NCBI GenBank assembly: GCA_049241565.1
Contig: JBMLQL010000064.1
Location: 8,506-72,505, forward strand
Reading direction: 5' to 3'
DNA: 64,000 nucleotides
Source: Bacteriovoracaceae bacterium
Lineage (GTDB): Bacteria; Bdellovibrionota; Bacteriovoracia; Bacteriovoracales; Bacteriovoracaceae
This document shows, one piece after another, positions 28,750-37,420 of the stretch. Under the pieces are notes generated by a model. That model searched no databases. It was given only the letters and a program-made list of their open reading frames with translations, and was not told where the DNA came from. The translations under genes were made by a program, and so were the position numbers. How positions within the stretch are numbered: the stretch's first letter is position 1; each line of letters opens with the position of its first letter.

Positions 28750-29991
28750 ATGTCAAAAAATCTCAGTACAGTTGATCCAGAAATTTTTAAAAATATTCAG
28801 AACGAACAAATGCGCCAAGAGCACGGTCTTGAACTTATTGCTTCGGAGAACTATTGCTCAAAAGCAGTCATGGAAGCTCAGGGCTCGTGCCTGACTAATA
28901 AGTACGCTGAAGGCTACCCGAAGAAACGTTATTATAACGGTTGTGAATTTATTGATGAAATTGAAACGCTGGCGATTGAAAGATTAAAAAAAATCTTTGG
29001 AGTAAGTTACGCCAATGTTCAGCCTCACTCAGGCTCATCGGCCAATATGGGTGTCTATATGGCCCTCATGAATCCAGGAGATGCTTTTTTAGGAATGGAC
29101 CTCTCTCAAGGCGGACACCTTACTCATGGCTCACCAGTGAACTTCTCAGGAAAACTTTATAAGGCCCTTCACTACGGCCTTGACCCTAAAACAGAAATGA
29201 TTGACTACAATTCCATTGCAGATATCGCCAAAAAAGAAAAACCAAAAATGATTATTGCCGGAGCTTCGGCATACTCGCGAATTATTCACTTTGATAAAAT
29301 AGCTGAGATCGCAAAATCAATTGATGCCATTTTCATGGTGGATATGGCCCATATCGCAGGCCTTGTGGCCGCTGGGCTTCATCCCTCGCCTATGAGTGTG
29401 GCCGATGTTGTCACATCAACCACTCATAAAACTCTCCGCGGACCTCGTGGTGGAGTGATTCTTACTAATAGTGAAGAGCTCGGGAAAAAATTTAACTCTC
29501 TTATTTTCCCTGGAATTCAAGGTGGACCACTCGAGCACGTCATTGCGGCCAAGGCAGTTTCATTCCATGAGGCCCTTCAGCCAGAGTTTAAAACATATCA
29601 ACAACAAGTTATTACTAATGCCAAAAAGATGGCCGAAGTATTAATGAACAACGGCATTGAGCTTGTCTCAGGGGGAACAGATAATCATCTTGTTCTCGTT
29701 AAAACTGATTCGGTTAATATGTCTGGGAAAGAAGCTTCAGAGATTTTAGAAAAAGTAGGCATTACTTGTAATAAGAATATGGTGCCTAATGATAAGAGAT
29801 CACCTTTTGTCACTTCTGGAATTCGACTTGGAACACCAGCGGTCACAACTCGAGGCTTTAAAGAAGCTGAGATCACAATGATGAGTGAGCTTATCGTGAA
29901 GACGCTTAAAAATCCGGCAAACGAGAAAACTCTTCAAGAAGTTGCGGCTTCAGTTAAAGAGCTTTGCCAAAAATTTCCAGTTTACGGATAA
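28750..29991 (+). CDS. glyA: serine hydroxymethyltransferase
   Basis: Contains [12 protein letters not shown] (PLP Lys) and LIASENY. Confidence 0.9.
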   Translation: MSKNLSTVDPEIFKNIQNEQMRQEHGLELIASENYCSKAVMEAQGSCLTNKYAEGYPKKRYYNGCEFIDEIETLAIERLKKIFGVSYANVQPHSGSSANMGVYMALMNPGDAFLGMDLSQGGHLTHGSPVNFSGKLYKALHYGLDPKTEMIDYNSIADIAKKEKPKMIIAGASAYSRIIHFDKIAEIAKSIDAIFMVDMAHIAGLVAAGLHPSPMSVADVVTSTTHKTLRGPRGGVILTNSEELGKKFNSLIFPGIQGGPLEHVIAAKAVSFHEALQPEFKTYQQQVITNAKKMAEVLMNNGIELVSGGTDNHLVLVKTDSVNMSGKEASEILEKVGITCNKNMVPNDKRSPFVTSGIRLGTPAVTTRGFKEAEITMMSELIVKTLKNPANEKTLQEVAASVKELCQKFPVYG

Positions 29992-30002
29992 AGGGCCTAA
30001 AA

Positions 30003-30251
30003 ATGAAATCACTATTACTGATTTTGGTTTTTTTAGCGGCCTGTACTTCTCCTAAAAAGCCAGTGGACTCTCCGACCGAGTCTGATGCTCGTCCAGTGAG
30101 TCCCTACACCGTGAAGCCTTGCTACTGCATGAAAATCTATCGCCCTGTCTGTGGTGAAGATCAGCGCACTTATGGAAATTCTTGTGAGGCTGAATGTAAT
30201 GGGAGTAAAACTTGGAAAGATGGCCCATGTACCCAGTCAAAAGTCCAATAA
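30003..30251 (+). CDS. lipoprotein with a Kazal-type serine protease inhibitor domain
   Basis: Begins MKSLLLILVFLAACTSP (lipobox LAAC). The Kazal pattern is CYCMKIYRPVCGEDQRTYGNSCEAECNG...C. Confidence 0.7.
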   Translation: MKSLLLILVFLAACTSPKKPVDSPTESDARPVSPYTVKPCYCMKIYRPVCGEDQRTYGNSCEAECNGSKTWKDGPCTQSKVQ

Positions 30252-30343
30252 GCCCTTGAAATGAGAAGGCTATGTAAGGCCTTCTAAATACAATACTTTA
30301 TCTTTCATAATAGTCCCTAAAGTGTTATAAAAACCCGAAAACT

Positions 30344-30355
30344 ACTATATATAGT
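30344..30355. promoter_or_regulatory. perfect 12-bp palindrome ACTATATATAGT resembling an NrdR-box core (or simply a -10 region)
   Basis: It lies 14 nt upstream of the nrdR ATG. The core CTATATATAG fits the NrdR-box consensus as I recall it (acaCwAtATaTwGtgt). Confidence 0.3.
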
Positions 30356-30368
30356 TTAGGATCGCATT

Positions 30369-30878
30369 ATGAAATGTCCTTATTGTAACGCTCCCGATAC
30401 CAAGGTTCTCGACTCTCGAAACTCTGAGGATGGAGCTGTTATCAGACGCCGTCGTAAATGTGAGAGCGAGGCCTGCCAAAAACGATTCACGACTTTTGAG
30501 AAAATCGAACTTGATATGCCCATGGTTATTAAGCTTGATGGCCGTCGCGAAACTTATCAGCGTGAAAAAATTAAATACGGTTTAGAGAAGGCCTGTCAAA
30601 AGCTCAAAATTTCGACAAACCAAATCGACCGTGTGATTGAAAATATCGAAAAGAAAATTCTTGAAGCCTCAGATAAAGAAGTAAGTTCAAAAGTTATTGG
30701 AAATCTTGTGATGATGCATCTTCGTCACCTTGATCCCGTGGCGTATATTCGTTTTGCTTCTGTTTACCGAAAATTTCAAGATGTAGATGAATTCGTGAAT
30801 GATCTCAAGCACGATGAAGTTACTCAGTTCAAATTAACCCAAGCGACAGGCCCAAAGGATCAAGCTCGTGAGCACTAA
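30369..30878 (+). CDS. nrdR: transcriptional repressor NrdR
   Basis: Begins MKCPYCNAPDTKVLDSR, with zinc ribbon CPYC...C..C and an ATP-cone region. Confidence 0.9.
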   Translation: MKCPYCNAPDTKVLDSRNSEDGAVIRRRRKCESEACQKRFTTFEKIELDMPMVIKLDGRRETYQREKIKYGLEKACQKLKISTNQIDRVIENIEKKILEASDKEVSSKVIGNLVMMHLRHLDPVAYIRFASVYRKFQDVDEFVNDLKHDEVTQFKLTQATGPKDQAREH

Positions 30879-31332
30879 GAGAGAATCGCGCGAATTTTTA
30901 CTTCAATTTCTTTATCATTTTCAACTTCCCGCTTTTCAGGAAGATAAAAAAACATTTTCGAGTGAAGTTGATTCAGTAGAGGTGTTTGAACGTATGCAAG
31001 AGTTTAAACAAACCCTTGATATTGACCTGACAACTGAACAACAAGCTTACGTGGCCACGATTGTGAAAGGAATTTTCAAGAACTATGCTCATCTTGAAGA
31101 AACCCTAGTCAAATATCTTAAAAACTGGAAGCTTTCTCGCCTTTCAAAAATTGAACATACTATTCTTATCATGAGTATCTATGAGCTCGTTTACCATCCT
31201 GAAGTTTCGGGAAAACTAGTTATTAATGAGGCCATTGAACTCGGAAAAAAATACTCTTCAAAAGACTCATCAGGATTCATTAATGGAATTCTTGATAGCG
31301 TTTTCAAGCAAGAAGAAAAACACTCAGTATGA
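30868..31332 (+). CDS. nusB: transcription antitermination factor NusB
   Basis: Contains RESREFLLQFLY and a NusB-like C-terminal GFINGILD. The nrdR-nusB order is common. Confidence 0.8.
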   Translation: MSTKRESREFLLQFLYHFQLPAFQEDKKTFSSEVDSVEVFERMQEFKQTLDIDLTTEQQAYVATIVKGIFKNYAHLEETLVKYLKNWKLSRLSKIEHTILIMSIYELVYHPEVSGKLVINEAIELGKKYSSKDSSGFINGILDSVFKQEEKHSV

Positions 31333-31706
31333 ATGCAGCTGACCATCATTTGCTAAGCAAAGTTAGTCACCAGACCAAACTTATCTTTTGGTTGGCCCCT
31401 AAGACTCTTTCACCTTCTCTCGATGGATTTAGGGCCGCAGACTATTTAACGAACGGTCTGATGACTCACACTTTAGGCAAGAGTCCCGTGATTAATGAGC
31501 ACCTCTTTGTGGGCCAGCAGTTTAACAAACCTCTCTATATCTTTTTCTCAACTCAAACTTCAATTGATCTAAACTCCATTAATGAAGTCATCAAGTCGAC
31601 TCAGACTAGTGATGATATTTATCTTGTGTGGGGGGATAAAAAGATGAATGAGGAGTTTATTTCCAAACTCCCCACTGAATGGCGCGAACGCTGCCTTGAT
31701 ATCTAA
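31329..31706 (+). CDS. hypothetical protein
   Basis: ATGA overlap with nusB. No family recognised. Confidence 0.5.
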   Translation: MNAADHHLLSKVSHQTKLIFWLAPKTLSPSLDGFRAADYLTNGLMTHTLGKSPVINEHLFVGQQFNKPLYIFFSTQTSIDLNSINEVIKSTQTSDDIYLVWGDKKMNEEFISKLPTEWRERCLDI

Positions 31707-31710
31707 TTTC

Positions 31711-33759
31711 TTAGTATTTTAAAAGATCACGAGCTGCAACCAGGATACGATTCATATCTGGAAGTACTGCACGCTCAAGAATTCTGTTAAATCCAACTGG
31801 TGTAAATGTTGATCCTACACGTCTTACTGGTGCATCAAGGTATTCAAATGCATGTTCATTGATCACACCTACAAGCTCTCCACCAAATCCACCAAATACC
31901 TTATCTTCGTGAACCACAAGTGCACGGTGCGTTTTTTTCACTGTCTCAACGATTGCTGGGATATCAAGAGGGTTAAGTGAACGAAGGTCAACAACTTCAA
32001 CACTGAATCCTTCTTTTTCAAGAACCGCAGCTGCTTCTAAAGAGAAGTGAACTGTGTTTCCGTAAGTGATGATTGAGAGATCAGACCCCTCACGACGAAC
32101 ACGAGCTTTACCAAACGGAACTTCAAAGTCTACAGGAACTGGAGTCATAGCATACTTGGCGTTATAAAGAGTTTTTGGCTCAAGATAAACAGTTGTTCCT
32201 TGAGATCTCATTGCTGTACGAAGAAGACCAGCAGCATCGTCAGCAAAGGCCGGAACAACAACACGGATACCTGGAAGTGTACAAAGAGTTCCTTCTAAGT
32301 TTTGTGAGTGATAAAGACCACCACCAATATATCCACCTGAAGCTAAACGAATAACTAAGTTAGGAGAGAAGGCACCATTGCTTCTCCAATAATCGTGTGA
32401 TGTCTCAACCATTTGCTCCATCGCTGGCCAGAAGTAATCAGCAAACTCTGCTCCTTCAACCACACAGCGAATCTTTGGATCGAAACGAGACATTCCGTTC
32501 CCTGTTCCAAGAATATAATCTTCAGCGATTGGCCCGTTGAATACACGGTGCTTACCGAACTCTTGTTGCATTCCTTTCGTCACGTTAAAGATACCACCCT
32601 TCTCTTTATTCGCTACATCCTGTCCCCAGATATAAGTGTCTGGGTTATGACGGAATTCAGCTTTGAGAGTTCCATTAAGTGAATCGATGAATTTCATCGG
32701 CTCACCCTGGAAGTCATGAGTCCCATCAACATATTTTTGGGGGATATAGGCCGGTGGAACAACAAAATCAAAGATTGATTCTGGAGTTGGGTTTGGAGCT
32801 TTCATCGCTTTGGCGTGAGCATCAAGAAGAATTTCTTTGGCCTGCGCTTCAATCGCATCAATTTCTTTTTGTGTGAAAACTTTATTCTTAAGAAGTTCTT
32901 CTTTGAATCTTGGAAGAGGATCTTGCGCTTTGGCGGCAGCACGCTCCTCTTCATCACGGTACCACTCATGATTATCAGAGTTCGAGTGGTTTCCGATACG
33001 TACACACATCGCGTGAACAATAACAGGCTCAGACTTTGTCAAAGCATGCTCACGAGCTGCGATCATCGTATTCATTGAATCAAAAACGTCTTTACCGTCA
33101 CATTTGAAGATTTCAAGATTTTTGAATCCTGTGAAGTTATCACAAACAAACTCATTTGCCGTTTGGTCAGACTTAGGAACTGAAATACCATAACCATTAT
33201 CTTGGAAAACAAAAACCACAGGAAGTTTTTCATTTGAAGCACCATTAATGGCTTCATAACAATAACCTTCAGAGACTGATGATTCACCTTGAGATGAAAT
33301 CGCCACACCTTTGTGTTTATAAGTTTTCATCGCACGTCCAACACCCACAGCATGAAGTGTATGGTTACCTGTACATGAAGACACGTTATGAATATTCCAC
33401 TCTGGTTTTGCAAAGTGGTTAGACATATGACGTCCACCTGAGGCCAAATCTGTGGCCTTAGAAATCCCGTTAAGAATAATTTCTTCAGCAGTAATACCTG
33501 CAGAGAGGGCCGTAAGCATGTCACGGTAATAAGGGAATAAGTGATCTGTTTTTTTATCGAAGACTTGTCCAATAGCTAGCTGAATAGCATCGTGGCCAGC
33601 ATATGGCGCGTGGTATGACCAGCCAAGAGCTTGCTTAAGATAATTTGGAGCACGCTCATCGATCATGCGCCCAAGAATCATTAAGTGAAGCCATTTCTCT
33701 AGTGTTTTTTTGTCCGTCTTTTTAATGTCGTGTTGCTTTGTTTTTACTTTCATAAGCAT
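31711..33759 (-). CDS. 2-oxoacid dehydrogenase E1 component, fused alpha/beta subunits (ThDP-dependent)
   Basis: 682 aa. The N-terminal half resembles E1-alpha (GQEA-like region, SQGESSVSEGY...), and the C-terminal half resembles E1-beta or a transketolase-type pyrimidine/C-terminal domain (VFNGPIAE, VVDLRSLNPLD). Confidence 0.75.
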   Translation of the reverse strand: MLMKVKTKQHDIKKTDKKTLEKWLHLMILGRMIDERAPNYLKQALGWSYHAPYAGHDAIQLAIGQVFDKKTDHLFPYYRDMLTALSAGITAEEIILNGISKATDLASGGRHMSNHFAKPEWNIHNVSSCTGNHTLHAVGVGRAMKTYKHKGVAISSQGESSVSEGYCYEAINGASNEKLPVVFVFQDNGYGISVPKSDQTANEFVCDNFTGFKNLEIFKCDGKDVFDSMNTMIAAREHALTKSEPVIVHAMCVRIGNHSNSDNHEWYRDEEERAAAKAQDPLPRFKEELLKNKVFTQKEIDAIEAQAKEILLDAHAKAMKAPNPTPESIFDFVVPPAYIPQKYVDGTHDFQGEPMKFIDSLNGTLKAEFRHNPDTYIWGQDVANKEKGGIFNVTKGMQQEFGKHRVFNGPIAEDYILGTGNGMSRFDPKIRCVVEGAEFADYFWPAMEQMVETSHDYWRSNGAFSPNLVIRLASGGYIGGGLYHSQNLEGTLCTLPGIRVVVPAFADDAAGLLRTAMRSQGTTVYLEPKTLYNAKYAMTPVPVDFEVPFGKARVRREGSDLSIITYGNTVHFSLEAAAVLEKEGFSVEVVDLRSLNPLDIPAIVETVKKTHRALVVHEDKVFGGFGGELVGVINEHAFEYLDAPVRRVGSTFTPVGFNRILERAVLPDMNRILVAARDLLKY

Positions 33760-33972
33760 AGGTGCTCCAGCGTTTATAAAGGACTAAATTTTAAAGTCCA
33801 ATAGGAGTACCACAAGAGGCCAGTTCTGGCCATGGATTCAAGGCTTAACAGACTATAACGCTCCGCTAAGTCTGTCTGGTTTTATTCTTCTGCCTTTGCC
33901 CTTGATATTCTTCAAGTCTTAGTCTTAAATTGCCGAAATGTCGTTTACTAATCTTTATCCTGGAGCATTGTT

Positions 33973-35358
33973 ATGGCACGTACCGTAGCTGAAGGCTTTT
34001 TTAATGACCCTCGTTTAACTGAGGCCAAAAAACTCATTCAAGAAGCATTGAAAGAACATCAATCAAAAATTACGGGAGTGAAGACTGCCGACCCTGAACT
34101 TAAGCCATCATACGATACGATCATTAAAAAAGTTTCTGACTTTCGTGGTGGTGCTCTTTGGTATAACTATCTTGGGTCAGGAATTGGGAACGGACCACTG
34201 GTTGAACTTGCTGACGGTTCAGTGAAATACGATTTCATCACAGGGATTGGCGTTCACTATATGGGTCACTCTCATCCAGGTGTGATCAACGCTCAAGTTG
34301 AAGGATCAATTCAAAATACAGTGATGAATGGTCACCTTCAGCAAAATACTGATACGGGAAAAGTTTTAGAGCTTCTCTCTACTCAAGCTTGTAAGTATGG
34401 TGCAGCTGTTAAAAACGTTTTCCTGACAACATCAGGGGCCATGGCCAACGAAAATGCACTTAAACTTATTTTCCATAAAAGATATCCTGCGGCCCGTATT
34501 TTTTCTTTTGAAAAATGTTTCTCAGGAAGAACACTTGGTCTTGCTTGGGTGACTGATAAAGCGGCTTACAGACAAGGTCTACCTAAAACAATTGACGTAG
34601 ATTATATCCCTTTCTACTGCGAATCAGATCATGAAGGTTCTATTAAACTCGCTGTGAATGCTATGAAAAAAGCCATCTACCGCTACCCAGGACAACACGC
34701 TGGTTTCTTAATGGAACTTATCCAAGGTGAAAATGGATCATGGGTTGGGAATCAAGAATATTTTGAAGCGCTTATTGCTGTTTGTAAGGAAAACAATATC
34801 TCTGTTTTCGCCGATGAAGTCCAAACTTTCGGTCGTACAACTGAGCTCTATGCTTTCCAACACTTTAAACTAGATAAGCATGTTGACGTTGTTTCTATTG
34901 GAAAGAACTCTCAAGTTTGCGCCACTCTTTTTGCTGATGATCACAAACCAAAACCAGGACTCATGTCTCAGACATTTACTGGTTCTTCGGCCCAGATTGC
35001 AGCTTCATACTATGTTGTGAATGAAATTGTGACTGGTGGTTATCTTGGAGAGAATGGAAAAATTGTTCGTCTTCATAAACACTTCAGAGCTCACCTGGAA
35101 AAACTAGCTACTAAATATCCTGAAAAAATCAAAGGGCCTTATGGTATTGGGGCCATGGTGGGGATGACACTATTTAACGGTGATGAGGCTAAATCGAAAG
35201 CTTTCACTTTTAAATTATTTGATAACGGTGTTCTTTCATTTATGGCAGGCGCTTCGCCAACACGTGTTCGCTTCCTTATGCCTATTATGGCCGTTGAAGA
35301 AAAACATATCGATGAGGTTTGTGCCATTATTGATAAGACCCTTGCGGAGATCAATTAG
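33973..35358 (+). CDS. class III PLP-dependent aminotransferase (AstC/ArgD-like)
   Basis: Contains TSGAMANENALKL and ADEVQTFGRT. GGAG lies 8 nt upstream of the ATG. It is directly followed by astA. Confidence 0.75.
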   Translation: MARTVAEGFFNDPRLTEAKKLIQEALKEHQSKITGVKTADPELKPSYDTIIKKVSDFRGGALWYNYLGSGIGNGPLVELADGSVKYDFITGIGVHYMGHSHPGVINAQVEGSIQNTVMNGHLQQNTDTGKVLELLSTQACKYGAAVKNVFLTTSGAMANENALKLIFHKRYPAARIFSFEKCFSGRTLGLAWVTDKAAYRQGLPKTIDVDYIPFYCESDHEGSIKLAVNAMKKAIYRYPGQHAGFLMELIQGENGSWVGNQEYFEALIAVCKENNISVFADEVQTFGRTTELYAFQHFKLDKHVDVVSIGKNSQVCATLFADDHKPKPGLMSQTFTGSSAQIAASYYVVNEIVTGGYLGENGKIVRLHKHFRAHLEKLATKYPEKIKGPYGIGAMVGMTLFNGDEAKSKAFTFKLFDNGVLSFMAGASPTRVRFLMPIMAVEEKHIDEVCAIIDKTLAEIN

Positions 35359-36440
35359 TGTTTATTATTCGTCCTATTGAACAAAAAGATCTCGATGGTT
35401 TGATGGAGCTTCTGAAAGATTCCGGGCACGGACTCACCTCCCTGCCCCGCGATCCAGAAGTTCTCAGAAAACGTATCCGCCATTCAGAGAGAAGTTTTGC
35501 TCATCGTGAAGATGGACCCCGTGGCGAAGATTATCTTTTTGCCATGGAAGAACTTTTCACAGGAAGAATTGTTGGAGTTTGTGCCATCATCTCTAAGATT
35601 GGTGGCTTTGAGCCTTATTATTTCTATCGCCTTGAAGAAGAGCAACGTGAATCTAAAATGATTCATATCAAAAATAAGATCACGACTCTTCACTTTACTT
35701 ATATTCATAATGGCCCTGCTGAGATCTGTTCACTTTATCTTCATCCAGAGTTCAGAAATTCACAAAACGGAAGATTTCTCTCCCTTTCTCGTTTCTTATT
35801 CATCGCTGAAAACAGAAAACATTTTGAAGATGAAGTGATCGCTGAGATGCGTGGGATGGTGAATGACTCTGGCCACTCCCCTTTCTGGGAAGCGGTTGGA
35901 AAACATTTTATCAAACTTGATTTCCCGACAGCTGACTATCTCACCACTAAGAGTAAACGCTTTATTGAAGATCTTCTTCCAAAAACTCCGGTGATTGTTA
36001 ACCTACTTCCAGAGGATGCTCAATTCGTGGTTGGAAAGGTTCACCCCAATACAGAGCCGGCCAAACGTATTCTTGAACAAGAGGGTTTTAAGTTCTCAGG
36101 TCTTGTTGGAATTTTTGAACCAGGACCAGTCATAAAAGCAGAAGTCGATAAGATCAGAACCATTACTGAAAGTATTGTAGATGAGATCGCAGAGATTTCA
36201 GATAAGGCCTTCCGTTCAGAAACTTTTATCATCTCAAGAACAGGAACGAATTTCAGATCGGCCCTTGGGGGAGTGATTCGTCTCAAGTCTGGTGGACTAA
36301 AAATCTCTGGGGTAACAGCAGCCGCTTTAAAACTAAGACTTGGGGATAAAATTCGTTTCGTGACGTTTAGACCGAAGGTGAAAAAAGCTGCAGTAAAAAA
36401 GACCACAACAAAAATTCCGACAAAGAAAAAGAAGAAGTAG
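35358..36440 (+). CDS. astA: arginine N-succinyltransferase with a Lys-rich C-terminal tail
   Basis: The N-terminus MFIIRPIEQKDLDGLMELLKDSGHGLTSLP is typical of AstA. The tail reads KVKKAAVKKTTTKIPTKKKKK. Confidence 0.8.
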   Translation: MFIIRPIEQKDLDGLMELLKDSGHGLTSLPRDPEVLRKRIRHSERSFAHREDGPRGEDYLFAMEELFTGRIVGVCAIISKIGGFEPYYFYRLEEEQRESKMIHIKNKITTLHFTYIHNGPAEICSLYLHPEFRNSQNGRFLSLSRFLFIAENRKHFEDEVIAEMRGMVNDSGHSPFWEAVGKHFIKLDFPTADYLTTKSKRFIEDLLPKTPVIVNLLPEDAQFVVGKVHPNTEPAKRILEQEGFKFSGLVGIFEPGPVIKAEVDKIRTITESIVDEIAEISDKAFRSETFIISRTGTNFRSALGGVIRLKSGGLKISGVTAAALKLRLGDKIRFVTFRPKVKKAAVKKTTTKIPTKKKKK

Positions 36441-36461
36441 GTTTTAAACAAAACCTACTTC
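36434..36461. terminator. bidirectional hairpin between convergent astA and the DUF1338 gene
   Basis: 12-bp stem GAAGTAGGTTTT / AAAACCTACTTC with a 4-nt loop. It overlaps the astA stop codon. Confidence 0.6.
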
Positions 36462-36471
36462 TCTATGAAAC

Positions 36472-37278
36472 TTATTGTCCCTGATTCGTACTCTCAAAAA
36501 TTTTATCTGCTGAAGCCGCCACAAAGCCTGTATAAAGCTTTCCATTAGGCATCGCATATCTTTTCGCAAACTCGTAATAACAAGCTGGAACAGGGATGGT
36601 TTTATCAGAAAACTTTACATCGATACTATTAGCAAGAGTTGATGATTGTTCCAAAAGAACTTCTTTGGAACCTTTCACTTCTCCCCCACTCGCATTTAAT
36701 TTGATTCCTTTTTCTTTTAAATAAGTATTTAGGAAAAGGATATCAGAGAACTTTTTAAGTTTATTGATGAAGACAGTGAAGTGATTAGGACGGTAACCAA
36801 AGGCTGCCAGCCAAGCTGCATAATCACTTTCTTTAAGAAGCTTCTCATAAGTTTCAGTGGAAACATTCCAAGGTCTACCCATTGATGTAAAATCAAATTT
36901 AAATTCAAGTCCTTCAGGCATCTGATCAATTAAACCATTTACTGTTTTTTGAAGATCAGTAGAGAAATCTTGAAGCTTAAGTTCTGAGATAAAAATCTTT
37001 GGATATTTATCATCACTATGCTCATAGTGTTTGGCATAAAGTTTTTTCTCCGTGAAGTGATAATCACCAGAGTACTTATAACCAGCCTCAATAAAAGGCT
37101 TCGCGATTACATCAATAGTGACACGTGGGTGATTAAAAGTACGAAGGGCAATATGATCATTAAAAATCTCTTCGCCTTCAGACTTAAAAATATCGTAAAT
37201 CTTTTGGGCCAGAGGGTTAATGGCCACATAATCGGCCCACATTTTATCCAACAAACCAGTAAGTGTATTAACTTCCAT
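36472..37278 (-). CDS. DUF1338 (HglS/YdcJ-like VOC-fold) protein
   Basis: Contains LLDKMWADYVAINP...DHIALRTF, the characteristic DUF1338 N-terminal pattern. Confidence 0.7.
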   Translation of the reverse strand: MEVNTLTGLLDKMWADYVAINPLAQKIYDIFKSEGEEIFNDHIALRTFNHPRVTIDVIAKPFIEAGYKYSGDYHFTEKKLYAKHYEHSDDKYPKIFISELKLQDFSTDLQKTVNGLIDQMPEGLEFKFDFTSMGRPWNVSTETYEKLLKESDYAAWLAAFGYRPNHFTVFINKLKKFSDILFLNTYLKEKGIKLNASGGEVKGSKEVLLEQSSTLANSIDVKFSDKTIPVPACYYEFAKRYAMPNGKLYTGFVAASADKIFESTNQGQ

Positions 37279-37420
37279 AAATATCTCCTTGAAACTCCCT
37301 TAATGTAGCAGAAAACCACTTAAAGCTCTAAAAATATCTCAACTAACTTGATGCATAAATGTATAAGTTTCTTCTGAAGAGGAGTATGATAGAGATCATT
37401 TTTTGAGCAAAGGATCGTTT

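Noticed and set aside
30264-30285. Hairpin AGAAGGC-N8-GCCTTCT after the Kazal lipoprotein gene as a terminator.
   Set aside because: The stem is only 7 bp with an 8-nt loop and no downstream T-tract, which is too weak to call.
36041-36451. 136-aa minus-strand ORF beginning MFKTYFFFFFVGIF.
   Set aside because: It is the antisense reading of the astA 3' end. The poly-Phe is simply the complement of the astA poly-Lys tail.
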